Shown here one piece after another: positions 1 to 8,601 of a DNA stretch of 43,775 nucleotides; the first letter of the stretch is position 1; every line of letters starts with the position of its first letter. The translations under genes were made by a program, and so were the position numbers. Source of the DNA: a virus (Duplodnaviria > Heunggongvirae > Uroviricota > Caudoviricetes); the IMG/VR virus record IMGVR_UViG_3300022305_001387, positions 64,001 through 107,775 of that record; one strand, written 5' to 3'. Under the pieces are notes generated by a model. The model was not told the origin of the DNA and searched no databases. It was given only the letters and a program-made list of their open reading frames with translations.

Positions 1-161
1 TCTCCTACATAAGCCGCCATTTCTATAAACATAGTTCCAGGAGATGGAGAGCTAAAATCATTATAAGCATTAGGGAAATAAGCTTTTGCGTATTCTATTA
101 AATCTGATTTAAATGTAGAAAAATCCCTATTTATGTACTTTATATCCTTATTATTTGTCAT
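1..161 (-). CDS. Baseplate wedge protein, T4 gp6 / baseplate J-like (5' part only, runs off the window)
   Basis: Not in ORF track. Manual translation from ATG at 161: MTNNKDIKYINRDFSTFKSDLIEYAKAYFPNAYNDFSSPSPGTMFIEMAAYVG, the typical gp6-like N-terminus. Starts 1 nt after the gp25-like stop. Confidence 0.85.
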   Translation of the reverse strand, partial: MTNNKDIKYINRDFSTFKSDLIEYAKAYFPNAYNDFSSPSPGTMFIEMAAYVG

Positions 162-162
162 A

Positions 163-573
163 CTATTTTTGTATTTGTATATTAACTTCGTCGTTTTCTC
201 CAGTATTTACAATACTATATGAAAAACTTATCATGATAGATCCCATATCAGCATTTGGATCAACTGTAACTTCTGTTACATTTATTTGTGGAAAAGTTTT
301 TTCTAATTTTGTAGTAAGAGACATTTTTATATCATCTATAGTTTTATATGATATGTGTTCAAATATTTTAGATCTTAATCCTGCTCCAAAAGACACATTA
401 AAAGGTCTTTCTCTAGGATCTGATAAAAGATAATTTATTAAGTTGTATTTTATTTGTTCTTTTGTGCTATACACCGTAGTAAAAACGCTTTGTCCAGAAA
501 ATGGAATTTTCACTCCTACTCCCATAGAAGGTTTCATATCTGCAATTGCTATTTTTTTTATACCGTAAGCCAT
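163..573 (-). CDS. Baseplate wedge subunit, T4 gp25-like
   Basis: QIKYNLINYLLSDPRERPFNVSFGAGLRSKIFE matches the gp25/GPW pattern; 136 aa; adjacent to the gp6-like gene. Confidence 0.88.
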   Translation of the reverse strand: MAYGIKKIAIADMKPSMGVGVKIPFSGQSVFTTVYSTKEQIKYNLINYLLSDPRERPFNVSFGAGLRSKIFEHISYKTIDDIKMSLTTKLEKTFPQINVTEVTVDPNADMGSIMISFSYSIVNTGENDEVNIQIQK

Positions 574-574
574 A

Positions 575-1033
575 TTATATTACACCTTTTTGTGTCATTT
601 TTTTCATTAGTTGAGAATAATCTGGAACTTCATTGATTTGTACCATTGATATATCTGAACTTGGACGAGCTGTTGCAAGCATTCCATTTATATCACCAAT
701 TGCGGCTTCTTTTGGTTGAAACAAAGAAACAGGATTTATGTTATCTGTTGTGTAATTGTAATTATCACTATCATCTTGGTCCATTGATTTTGCTGTTTCA
801 AGTAAAAGACTATTTAGCGGAGAAGAGTTTGCATATTTAAAATCAACGTTTCTTTGATAAGTCTCAGGCGTATTTAAAGTCAAAGGAATTTCTGATTTTT
901 TCATTTCTCTAATGACATTGTTAATTCCTACAGAGTTTTGTTTGGATTCTGATAATATTTTTGGTAACTCTTGTCTTAGTGCCCTTGTAACTTCTTCTCT
1001 AATTAATTTTCTTAATAAATCTATTTTTGCCAT
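575..1033 (-). CDS. Hypothetical protein, candidate head-internal protein
   Basis: Clean ORF with its own ATATTTAT motif 5 nt upstream; N-terminal LLRKLIREE and further L-x-E sites (ILSE, LLLE). Confidence 0.6.
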   Translation of the reverse strand: MAKIDLLRKLIREEVTRALRQELPKILSESKQNSVGINNVIREMKKSEIPLTLNTPETYQRNVDFKYANSSPLNSLLLETAKSMDQDDSDNYNYTTDNINPVSLFQPKEAAIGDINGMLATARPSSDISMVQINEVPDYSQLMKKMTQKGVI

Positions 1034-1038
1034 ATTCT

Positions 1039-1046
1039 ATAAATAT
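1039..1046 (-). promoter_or_regulatory. ATATTTAT motif (candidate phage promoter)
   Basis: Sense-oriented, 5 nt before ATG 1033. Confidence 0.55.
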
Positions 1047-1075
1047 TAATTTTGTTATTTTAAAACTTTACTATC

Positions 1076-3298
1076 TTAAGGTGTAAAACCTGGATCTATC
1101 TTTTTTATATCTTTAATTTTTTGTGTGATTGCATTTTCTAATTCTTTTATTTGCTTTCTAAGAAGCCTTATTAAGGGTATATATGCTGCTGCTCCAACAA
1201 CACTTGCTGCGGCTGCAGCTACAGTGGCTTTTAATTTATCATTAGTTGTCTTAAGTTTATCTTTTAAAACAATTAATTCAGATTTACTAGCATCTAACTC
1301 TGTTTTCTTTGTAGATGGCGCATTTGGATTTGCTTTCTTCATATCATCAGCAACTTTTCTTTTAGATTTTGCCATCTCTCTATGCATTCTTTTACGAAGT
1401 TTTTTACCACCTTTAAGTTTATTCATAAAGCTTTGTAAGCCTAATCCAGTTTCAGTATCATCATCTTCAGAATCTGGATCTTCTGCATCTTCATTTTTAT
1501 CTATTTCTATTGAAACATCTACTGGTTCATCTTCAGTATTTAGATAATTTGATGCCTCTTCTAAAATCGTAAATTCATCTGGCGATAACGCACTTATCAT
1601 ATTTTGCACATTCGCAAGACCGGTTTTTTTTGGTAAAAGTAATTTAACTTCTTCTATTATAACATTATCATTAGTTGCAAAAGTTGGTGTAGATTTGGCA
1701 ACAACAACTTGATTAATGTCTAAAGCCACACCATATCTTCTACGTAGACTTATGCCTTCATCAACTACTTCTTCTTTAAGTATTTCTATTGTGTATTCTC
1801 CAGATCTACGAGTTCTTTTTGTTTTATTGGTTTCATAATTTTCAACAAAAGAATCCATTTCATCTTTTGACTTTATTAATCCTGTTATGGCTTGATTTAA
1901 ATTAGAAATCATGCTATTCTCTTGAGGATTGACTTTATCTTCAGGAGTTATTGAATCACAATTTTGTAAGTTTATTATTATTACTTGTAAACCATTTATA
2001 ATTTCTCCTAATTGTAAAGATCTTTTAGTAAAAAAATAAGTTATAGCAGATAGTATTGTATTTATTTCTTTTATTCTATCCATTATAAAAGCAACTGCTT
2101 TCTTTAGTTTTTCTTTTGCCTCAGCTATTGTCATATGTATTCCAACTGTAGCAAATATACTTGGAAGGGGTAATAATAGTAAAAAATTTATTATTATTTT
2201 TAATACTTTTACGACTACAGTTACTATCTGCACTATAGATCTAGCTTTTGATATAACTTGTAATATTTGTTGTACAACTTTATTTAATTTACTAGCGCCT
2301 TTTTGTATGTCTCTTACTACACTTTCTATTTTTTTAGGATCTATTATCTTATTTAATTTTTGAATAGCTTCTGCTACTTTTCCACCTAAAATAGTATCTG
2401 CTAAAGATATTAAATTAGCTGGGGTTTCTAATCCTTGTATTAATATACAAATTGCTTTTGTTTTATCTATATACTTTAGAATTTTTTGTATATCTTCATT
2501 AGGCAAATTTCTTGGATCAGTATATTGATTAAAAAAAGATGTAGCTACATTTATGTAATTGCTATATGTAGATAATTGCGGGAAAGTATCATTAAGAGTT
2601 GGATCATTAAATAAATCATCTGTTGCTGTAGTTATTTGATTTATCTCTTCAACTATTTTTATTATTGTTTTTTGTAGCTTTGAGATATTATCTGGATTTT
2701 TTGGATTTGTAACCTCTTCAGCGCCGCCATAAAAATCATCTATATACCCTTGTATTTTATACGCAGCATATTGCAATTGCCATTTTCTTCTTCCTAAAGT
2801 AGTTTTTTGTTGACTTTTATCATTAGGATTGAATTTTTTTCCTCCTGGTATTTGATTAATTACATAACTTGCTAACGCACAAAAATCTACAGACGCTAAT
2901 AAATTTATTAACGGAAGAATACCATAATCTAAAGGCTTGAATTTAGTAGAATCTCCTGCTTCAGGATTTCCATATACAGCTCTATCGAAATATTTATCTG
3001 CTATTTTAACATATCCTACAAATATAGCAGTTAATTTATTGAGTCCCTCTGCAGTTGTTCCACCATTTGATTCTTTAAGTTTTCTAAGAGTTTTTTTGTT
3101 TTGTTTAATTCTTTTTGCTTCTGCCTCAGGAGAAAAATAATCTTGAACTGATTTTGGTTGGATAATTTGAGCATTAGAAGTTGCTTGATTAGATTGAATT
3201 AAAGACGGAGCAGTAGCTTGAGATGGTGGCAATTTCCGTGGAGGAGTAGCTACAACCACGACTGGGGTTAGGGTTTGATATTGAGGATTTTCAGGCAT
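1076..3298 (-). CDS. Large hypothetical virion/baseplate-associated protein with coiled coils and hydrophobic helices
   Basis: 740-aa ORF translationally coupled to the gp5-like genes; hydrophobic stretches VVVKVLKIIINFLLLLPLPSIFATVGI and TVAAAAASVVGAAAYIPLIRLL. Confidence 0.55.
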   Translation of the reverse strand: MPENPQYQTLTPVVVVATPPRKLPPSQATAPSLIQSNQATSNAQIIQPKSVQDYFSPEAEAKRIKQNKKTLRKLKESNGGTTAEGLNKLTAIFVGYVKIADKYFDRAVYGNPEAGDSTKFKPLDYGILPLINLLASVDFCALASYVINQIPGGKKFNPNDKSQQKTTLGRRKWQLQYAAYKIQGYIDDFYGGAEEVTNPKNPDNISKLQKTIIKIVEEINQITTATDDLFNDPTLNDTFPQLSTYSNYINVATSFFNQYTDPRNLPNEDIQKILKYIDKTKAICILIQGLETPANLISLADTILGGKVAEAIQKLNKIIDPKKIESVVRDIQKGASKLNKVVQQILQVISKARSIVQIVTVVVKVLKIIINFLLLLPLPSIFATVGIHMTIAEAKEKLKKAVAFIMDRIKEINTILSAITYFFTKRSLQLGEIINGLQVIIINLQNCDSITPEDKVNPQENSMISNLNQAITGLIKSKDEMDSFVENYETNKTKRTRRSGEYTIEILKEEVVDEGISLRRRYGVALDINQVVVAKSTPTFATNDNVIIEEVKLLLPKKTGLANVQNMISALSPDEFTILEEASNYLNTEDEPVDVSIEIDKNEDAEDPDSEDDDTETGLGLQSFMNKLKGGKKLRKRMHREMAKSKRKVADDMKKANPNAPSTKKTELDASKSELIVLKDKLKTTNDKLKATVAAAAASVVGAAAYIPLIRLLRKQIKELENAITQKIKDIKKIDPGFTP

Positions 3299-3741
3299 TA
3301 TCTAGTAAAAGTGGTGTTAGATAAAATATAATTTGGTCCACTTGGATCATCTACTTCAAATTTTAAAGCACTACAAATATTTTCAATATCATGACCAGCG
3401 CCTTTAACAATTAACCATGAAGAAGCATCTCCTGATTTTGAAACTCTTTGTAATTCGTATCCGACTTGTTCTAAAGCATCTAAAAGTCTATATAATAAAG
3501 TTTTTACTTTTTTTCCTAATACTACGGGTTCTCCTTTTAAATATGCTTGAGTTCCTAATTCTATTATATCTGAATCTAATTTTATTGATTCTTTAGCATC
3601 TATATTAACAGTACCATTAGAAGCTAATGCTATCATTTGTTTACCGAATAGAAAAACTCCATCTTCTTTAGCATGTAGTATCACTCTGTCTGATGATAGA
3701 ATTATTTGATTATTTTTATATGGAAATTGTGGATTTAACAT
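3298..3741 (-). CDS. Baseplate hub/spike-related protein (gp5 C-terminal beta-repeat-like)
   Basis: NQIILSSDRVILHAKEDGVFLFGKQMIALASNGTVNIDAKESIKLDSDIIELG short beta-strand repeats; baseplate context. Confidence 0.55.
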   Translation of the reverse strand: MLNPQFPYKNNQIILSSDRVILHAKEDGVFLFGKQMIALASNGTVNIDAKESIKLDSDIIELGTQAYLKGEPVVLGKKVKTLLYRLLDALEQVGYELQRVSKSGDASSWLIVKGAGHDIENICSALKFEVDDPSGPNYILSNTTFTR

Positions 3742-3754
3742 TTTTTATTTTTTA

Positions 3755-4726
3755 TTAACTAACGTCTCCTCTATTTACTATCCCTCTACCAGCTACATCT
3801 CCTTTATTTACTATCGCTCTACCCGCATATTCGTCTTGTTCTAGAGGAGAAATAAATTCATTAGATATAGGAACTTGCTCAGGAATGATAACTGTATTTA
3901 ATTCTGGATCAGTAGCTATATTTAATATCCACGATCTAATTTGAAAATTACTAAGATCTCTTATAATAATATTTTGAGTAGATGTCATATAGATAGACGA
4001 TCCACCACTATTTATATCTTCTACAATAGTTGGAGAATTTATCTCTGCATTAGTAGTTAATTTTTTTTGAGAATTAGTAAATATGGTAATTGGATCTCCA
4101 TTTTTTGATCCTTCATTTTTAGCATGAGCAGACCATGGATTTATAGATCTCAGTTCAGATACTGTAGATCCCATTCTTATAGATTGTCCCCATCGACCTT
4201 GAATAATAGTATCGCCTTCGAATGGTCTTAGAGGTTTTAAATTATCTCTCTCTCTAAATGTAACTCCCACTGGTAAGGCAAAGATTGAAGTATCTTGAGG
4301 AGTATTAGCAGCTGATGCCATTTGGCTTTTAATATAAGATTCATACTCTTCCATATTTGGAAAAGCATTTTGATGAGGATCATTAAATATAGAAAATGGC
4401 GGAAAATAGTATATGTCTTGATTTTGAGCTGAATCATTTAAATCAACAGATGGTCCAGAAACCAATATCACTATCTCAGAAACAACTGGATACTGTCTTA
4501 TAAATGCATGAATAGGATATGCTTTTTTAACTGCGCTTGCTTTTCCACGCACATTATTTTTACCAGCGTATAATATTTCATACGTTATACAACCAATATC
4601 TTTTTCACAAGTGTAATCCGGATCTGGTAAATTATCAGCCATATTTGGACCGAGTACTATTTTTTTTACTCTAGCAATTTGAAGTTGCTTACTGGTGCCC
4701 TTTATATTTTGAAATGGATCAAACAT
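3755..4726 (-). CDS. Baseplate hub protein, gp5 N-terminal OB-fold-like
   Basis: IARVKKIVL...GCITYE...AYP...QYPVVSEIVIL and PFEGDTIIQGRWGQSIRMGST segments; baseplate operon context. Confidence 0.6.
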   Translation of the reverse strand: MFDPFQNIKGTSKQLQIARVKKIVLGPNMADNLPDPDYTCEKDIGCITYEILYAGKNNVRGKASAVKKAYPIHAFIRQYPVVSEIVILVSGPSVDLNDSAQNQDIYYFPPFSIFNDPHQNAFPNMEEYESYIKSQMASAANTPQDTSIFALPVGVTFRERDNLKPLRPFEGDTIIQGRWGQSIRMGSTVSELRSINPWSAHAKNEGSKNGDPITIFTNSQKKLTTNAEINSPTIVEDINSGGSSIYMTSTQNIIIRDLSNFQIRSWILNIATDPELNTVIIPEQVPISNEFISPLEQDEYAGRAIVNKGDVAGRGIVNRGDVS

Positions 4727-5082
4727 TAATTATCTATCTTTTTTACATTGCTAATAGATATCGATTCTACTTCTTTAAATAACTGTTCTATATCTTTTTC
4801 TGATAACACTGAATTATCTTGTCCACCAACTTGCACTTTCTCAGCAGCTTTTTGAAACAAAGAAAGTATTTTCATTAACACTTCATCATTCTTTAAACTT
4901 GAATCAAAGAATCCTTTAAGCAAAGGTACAATTATAATAGCATCACCAGGAGACGCAATAAGTTCAGATAATCTTTCTATTTCTTGAGAAATTTTATTAT
5001 CTTGAGATTTATGTTTTTCATAAACTTCTTTAACTAAATCAGATATTTTTTTATCGTCAAATATAGGTTTATCTAAATCCAT
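4726..5082 (-). CDS. Hypothetical helical protein
   Basis: 118-aa ORF with ATATTTAT 10 nt upstream; stop overlaps the next start. Confidence 0.6.
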   Translation of the reverse strand: MDLDKPIFDDKKISDLVKEVYEKHKSQDNKISQEIERLSELIASPGDAIIIVPLLKGFFDSSLKNDEVLMKILSLFQKAAEKVQVGGQDNSVLSEKDIEQLFKEVESISISNVKKIDN

Positions 5083-5092
5083 AAGTTTTATT

Positions 5093-5100
5093 ATAAATAT
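5093..5100 (-). promoter_or_regulatory. ATATTTAT motif heading the baseplate operon
   Basis: Sense-oriented, 10 nt before ATG 5082. Confidence 0.55.
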
Positions 5101-5103
5101 AAA

Positions 5104-5862
5104 CTAGTCTACATTTTCAATGTGCTCATTGAGTATAGACTTATAAATTTCTTTTAATCTCTTTATAACTTTTGTAATAGTAATAGAATTAACGTCGGCT
5201 ATCTCTTTAACATATATGAATATCGCTTTTTTATTAAAAATGTCTATATTATCTCTTTTTCTAAATATTTCTAATAATGCATCTGCAGCTTTGATTTCTT
5301 CTGGTTTCTCAAAAAGATCAAATAGATTATCATCAACTTTTTTAATGAGAATATCTAATATGTTAAGTCTATCAACCGTAGATGGATTTGGATCTTCTAT
5401 TAAATTATCTATTGTATTAGTTTCATTATGTATTTCTTCAAACTCTGTTCTTGATGTTACTTTTTTATAATTTTTTTGATTATATAGTATCAAATATCTT
5501 TTAACAATAGTTCCAAAATATGAGTATGCTTTTCCTTTTGATTGATCATATAAGTCTATTTTTTGTAATAGAAAAGAAATAACTTCATATTTTAAATCTT
5601 CTATATTTTCTACATCTGTGTAATAAAATTTAAAAGTGTGGATTATATTTTCTACTAATTTATAAAAAGCATAATGAATCTTTTCATTATATAGTCGATT
5701 CTTTTCATCGTAAGTTTCACATTTCCGATATTGTACTATGGCATTTTCAGTATCTTCTGTAAAATACACATTTTTAGTTTTCGGTTTTCTTTTTCTTGGC
5801 TTCCCTACTTTAGTTAATTGCAGGCTTTCAATAGGATCAAGTGATGAATCAATATTACTCAT
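5104..5862 (-). CDS. Phage RNA polymerase sigma factor, T4 gp55-like (sigma70 region 2)
   Basis: VYFTEDTENAI...FYKLVENII...EDLKYEVISFLLQKIDLYDQSKGKAYSYFGTIVKRYL resembles the gp55 region-2 'F D...A.SYF' pattern. Confidence 0.75.
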   Translation of the reverse strand: MSNIDSSLDPIESLQLTKVGKPRKRKPKTKNVYFTEDTENAIVQYRKCETYDEKNRLYNEKIHYAFYKLVENIIHTFKFYYTDVENIEDLKYEVISFLLQKIDLYDQSKGKAYSYFGTIVKRYLILYNQKNYKKVTSRTEFEEIHNETNTIDNLIEDPNPSTVDRLNILDILIKKVDDNLFDLFEKPEEIKAADALLEIFRKRDNIDIFNKKAIFIYVKEIADVNSITITKVIKRLKEIYKSILNEHIENVD

Positions 5863-6127
5863 TGTCTAAGAAATCTTTTATTTTTGATTGTATCTCTTTT
5901 ACTGAATCGAACAAAGATATTAATTCTGGATCTGATTGTACCCATATTTTAGAATCTATTTGTTCAACTGCTTTACTAAGATCTTTAAAAGTAGATAGTA
6001 TCTCGTTAATAAATCGTTGTTGTTTTACTATTGCATTTTCTAATTTAACATTTTTATTATATAAATTATATATTACCCAGCCCAAAATAGTTGTCGGCCA
6101 TAGTATTATCATTATAGTTGTTATCAT
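5855..6127 (-). CDS. Small membrane protein with N-terminal TM helix and coiled coil
   Basis: MITTIMIILWPTTILGWVIYNLY hydrophobic start; overlaps the sigma start by 8 nt. Confidence 0.65.
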   Translation of the reverse strand: MITTIMIILWPTTILGWVIYNLYNKNVKLENAIVKQQRFINEILSTFKDLSKAVEQIDSKIWVQSDPELISLFDSVKEIQSKIKDFLDNE

Positions 6128-6133
6128 ATTTTT

Positions 6134-6772
6134 TTATTTTGATTGATTTTCTATTCGCGATGCTGCCAAATCTGCTTGATGTATTATATATGGTAAATTA
6201 GATTTGATTGAAGCGTCTTCTGAAAATGTTATGTAATATGGTTTATTACCTTCTTCATATAATCCATCATGTAATTTTATTGCTAAGAATTCATTCTCAG
6301 ATACTAGAATATTAGCTTTTTGTAAGTCGAACAAACTTCTATCTGCAACTCTCATATGAATCATTTTATTATTGATTTTATAATGAGCGCCTTGATTTTT
6401 CACATGCCAATCTGAATCATTAGGAATATAGAAGGGCTGATCATTTGTGCCTAATTTACCAAGATCATGGTTAAGACAGGAGAACACTAATTCTTCTAAT
6501 GTATAGTTTTTCTTTTGTTCAAATTTATCCCAAACTCTATCAATAACTAAAGCCATTTCTGTTACTCTAAGAACATGATCTACATATCCTCCTGGAAAAC
6601 AATTGTGATGAGACTCTTTTGTAGAAGCAGGAGATTCAATTAAAGTTCGCTCTATTTCTTTATAGAACGATAATAATTGTGCTTTTCTTTGTCCAATAAT
6701 ATACTTATCAATATATTCATTGAATTTTGTAACATTAGAAAGCATTTGTTCTGGTGTAAGTTTTATTTTCAT
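6134..6772 (-). CDS. HD-superfamily phosphohydrolase (YhaM-like HD domain)
   Basis: HHNCFPGGYVDHVLRV, NHDLGK, KLHDG and HQAD metal-binding motifs. Confidence 0.85.
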   Translation of the reverse strand: MKIKLTPEQMLSNVTKFNEYIDKYIIGQRKAQLLSFYKEIERTLIESPASTKESHHNCFPGGYVDHVLRVTEMALVIDRVWDKFEQKKNYTLEELVFSCLNHDLGKLGTNDQPFYIPNDSDWHVKNQGAHYKINNKMIHMRVADRSLFDLQKANILVSENEFLAIKLHDGLYEEGNKPYYITFSEDASIKSNLPYIIHQADLAASRIENQSK

Positions 6773-6786
6773 AACTGTTTTTATTT

Positions 6787-7101
6787 TTAATATACTAATT
6801 TTTTTATTAATTGCAGCATATTATCTGTCGAGTGACAATAAATGATATTCTTTTGTCTATTGCTATGAACCTTACCAAGTTTTGAATAGTCAGAAGTGAA
6901 TACAAAAAATGTATTATTATTGATAATACACATAGGATATAATTCACATTTAACTATGTCTTCAAAATTATCACACATTGAAGAATTTTCATTATTACTA
7001 CAAATTATTTCTGTGAATTCAATATTTTCTATGTTTAGAATCCGTTTAAATTCTTCGCATTTTGAGCAACCGTTAAGAGTCGCTATCGTTAGTCTCTTCA
7101 T
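6787..7101 (-). CDS. Glutaredoxin/thioredoxin-fold protein
   Basis: TLNGCSKCEEFK CxxC motif near the N-terminus; later LYPMCII (cis-Pro loop). Confidence 0.7.
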   Translation of the reverse strand: MKRLTIATLNGCSKCEEFKRILNIENIEFTEIICSNNENSSMCDNFEDIVKCELYPMCIINNNTFFVFTSDYSKLGKVHSNRQKNIIYCHSTDNMLQLIKKLVY

Positions 7102-7297
7102 CGTCGTAAGTATTATATTCAGGATCTTTCTTTTCTAAAATGCTATCCCACATAACCAATTCCTCATCAGTCATTGACTCATGAAAAAGCGATATATAGT
7201 AATATATAGCCTCAATGTCATTGTTATTTATTTCAATATCATTTACTTTTGATAGAAATTCTTCATTGAAAATGCTGTTGCTGTGGTTGTTTTCCAT
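7073..7297 (-). CDS. Small acidic hypothetical protein (start revised from 7303 to 7297)
   Basis: The 7303 ATG overlaps the ATATTTAT motif (7302-7309). The second ATG at 7297 lies 4 nt downstream of the motif, matching the spacing at other genes. Confidence 0.55.
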   Translation of the reverse strand: MENNHSNSIFNEEFLSKVNDIEINNNDIEAIYYYISLFHESMTDEELVMWDSILEKKDPEYNTYDDEETNDSDS

Positions 7298-7301
7298 ATA
7301 C

Positions 7302-7309
7302 ATAAATAT
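7302..7309 (-). promoter_or_regulatory. ATATTTAT motif heading the glutaredoxin/HD/sigma operon
   Basis: 4 nt before ATG 7297. Confidence 0.5.
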
Positions 7310-7382
7310 TTTACATAGCTGTATTTATACAGGGTGTTATCTTTTTTTTCAAGTGATTCCATTTTAAATTTATTTCTTATTA

Positions 7383-7429
7383 CTTTCGCCCTGCGGAAAT
7401 TACTCCGTCGTTTTACCGATATTCGAAAG
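7383..7429. ncRNA. Candidate three-way-junction structured element in the divergent intergenic region
   Basis: CTTTCG/CGAAAG closing stem enclosing the hairpins GCGGA/TCCGT and TCG/CGA. Confidence 0.35.
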
Positions 7430-7665
7430 ATTTTATAAAATCAATTCTATTTGTATACCTGACGCATATATTAATCTTAACGCCTAGTAGTGCTGTACCT
7501 ATTAATCTAAAACTCGATCATGGAATCTCACCAAGCTACGGTATAGAGCTTAATATCGCACGTTAACTTTTTAAATATCATTAATTATTTTTTATAAAGG
7601 AAAAATTTTTTTATGGTACATAGAAAAAAATATTTTTTAATCCAAAATATAGATTATATTAGATT

Positions 7666-8601
7666 ATGGATAATAGTAAATACATCTTGGGATTATTAGA
7701 ATCAGTACTTGGAAAATCAAAGCCTGATAAAAATGGAAGTGACCACACATTTCATTGTCCTGTATGTAAACACAAGAAACCAAAATTGGTTGTAAATATA
7801 AAAACTGGTCAATATAATTGTTGGACATGCCACCCACCCACTAAAGGCAAAACTCCTGTCAGCTTATTTAAAAAATTGCAAGTCTCTACTGAAATAATAA
7901 TGGAGATGAAACAATATTTTTCAAATGATAAAACTTCTTTAAAAGATTATAATCCAACTAAAGTGTCTCTTCCAGAAGAATTTATACCACTTAGTATAAT
8001 ACCAAAAGGCATAAATCTAGAATATCGGCACGCTATGTCATATTTAAAAAATAGAAGTATAACTAGTTCTGATATTAAAAAACATAATATTGGATATTGT
8101 TCTAAAGGCAGATATAGAAATAGAATTATAGTGCCATCCCATGATAAAGACGGAAACATTAACTACTTCATAGCAAGATCGTTTGAGAAAGAACCAAGGC
8201 TTAAATATGATGCTCCAAGCGTTTCAAAAACAGATATAGTAGGTTTTGAATACTATGTGAACTGGAAGATCCCTGTGATTCTGTGTGAAGGCGTATTTGA
8301 CGCTATAGCCATAAAAAGAAATGCAATACCACTATTTGGGAAAACTATACCAAAAGCATTAATGATAAAATTAGCACAATCAGAAGTAAAAACTGTATAT
8401 ATAGCATTAGATAATGATGCACTAAAAGAATCACTAACTTATGCAGAAAACCTAATTAATATGGGAAAAGAAGTGTATTTAATAGAATTACACGGAAAAG
8501 ATCCATCTGATTTGGGATTTGAACCTATGATAAAGCTTTTACACGAAGCAAAACAATTAACCTTTTCAGATTTATTTTTAAAAAAAATGCAACAATTATG
8601 A
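7666..8601 (+). CDS. DNA primase (DnaG-type, Zn finger + TOPRIM)
   Basis: CPVCKH...YNCWTC Zn finger; ILCEGVFDAI and YIALDNDA TOPRIM motifs; KDPSD. Confidence 0.92.
   Translation: MDNSKYILGLLESVLGKSKPDKNGSDHTFHCPVCKHKKPKLVVNIKTGQYNCWTCHPPTKGKTPVSLFKKLQVSTEIIMEMKQYFSNDKTSLKDYNPTKVSLPEEFIPLSIIPKGINLEYRHAMSYLKNRSITSSDIKKHNIGYCSKGRYRNRIIVPSHDKDGNINYFIARSFEKEPRLKYDAPSVSKTDIVGFEYYVNWKIPVILCEGVFDAIAIKRNAIPLFGKTIPKALMIKLAQSEVKTVYIALDNDALKESLTYAENLINMGKEVYLIELHGKDPSDLGFEPMIKLLHEAKQLTFSDLFLKKMQQL

Noticed and set aside
1125-1547. 140-aa plus-strand ORF, and the other 60-105 aa opposite-strand or alternative-frame ORFs in the track
   Set aside because: Wholly nested in well-supported genes, low-complexity, with no motifs.
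163-5106. Possible TAG stop-codon reassignment, as in some large phages
   Set aside because: TAG stops at 163-165 and 5104-5106 are followed by properly spaced next genes or motifs, and code 11 already gives near-complete coding density.
7319-7332. CTGT...ACAG palindrome resembling a LexA/SOS box
   Set aside because: The spacer is 6 nt, not the 8 nt of CTGT-N8-ACAG; kept only as a weak palindrome observation.
7391-7428. CTGCGGA...CGAAA resembling a hammerhead ribozyme core
   Set aside because: The core needs CUGANGA; here the conserved A is C, and the stem order does not fit hammerhead topology.
7520-7546. Micro-ORF MESHQATV* on the plus strand, and a ~38-aa minus-strand ORF starting at 7363
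   Set aside because: Too short, with no supporting signals; better explained as part of the structured intergenic element.
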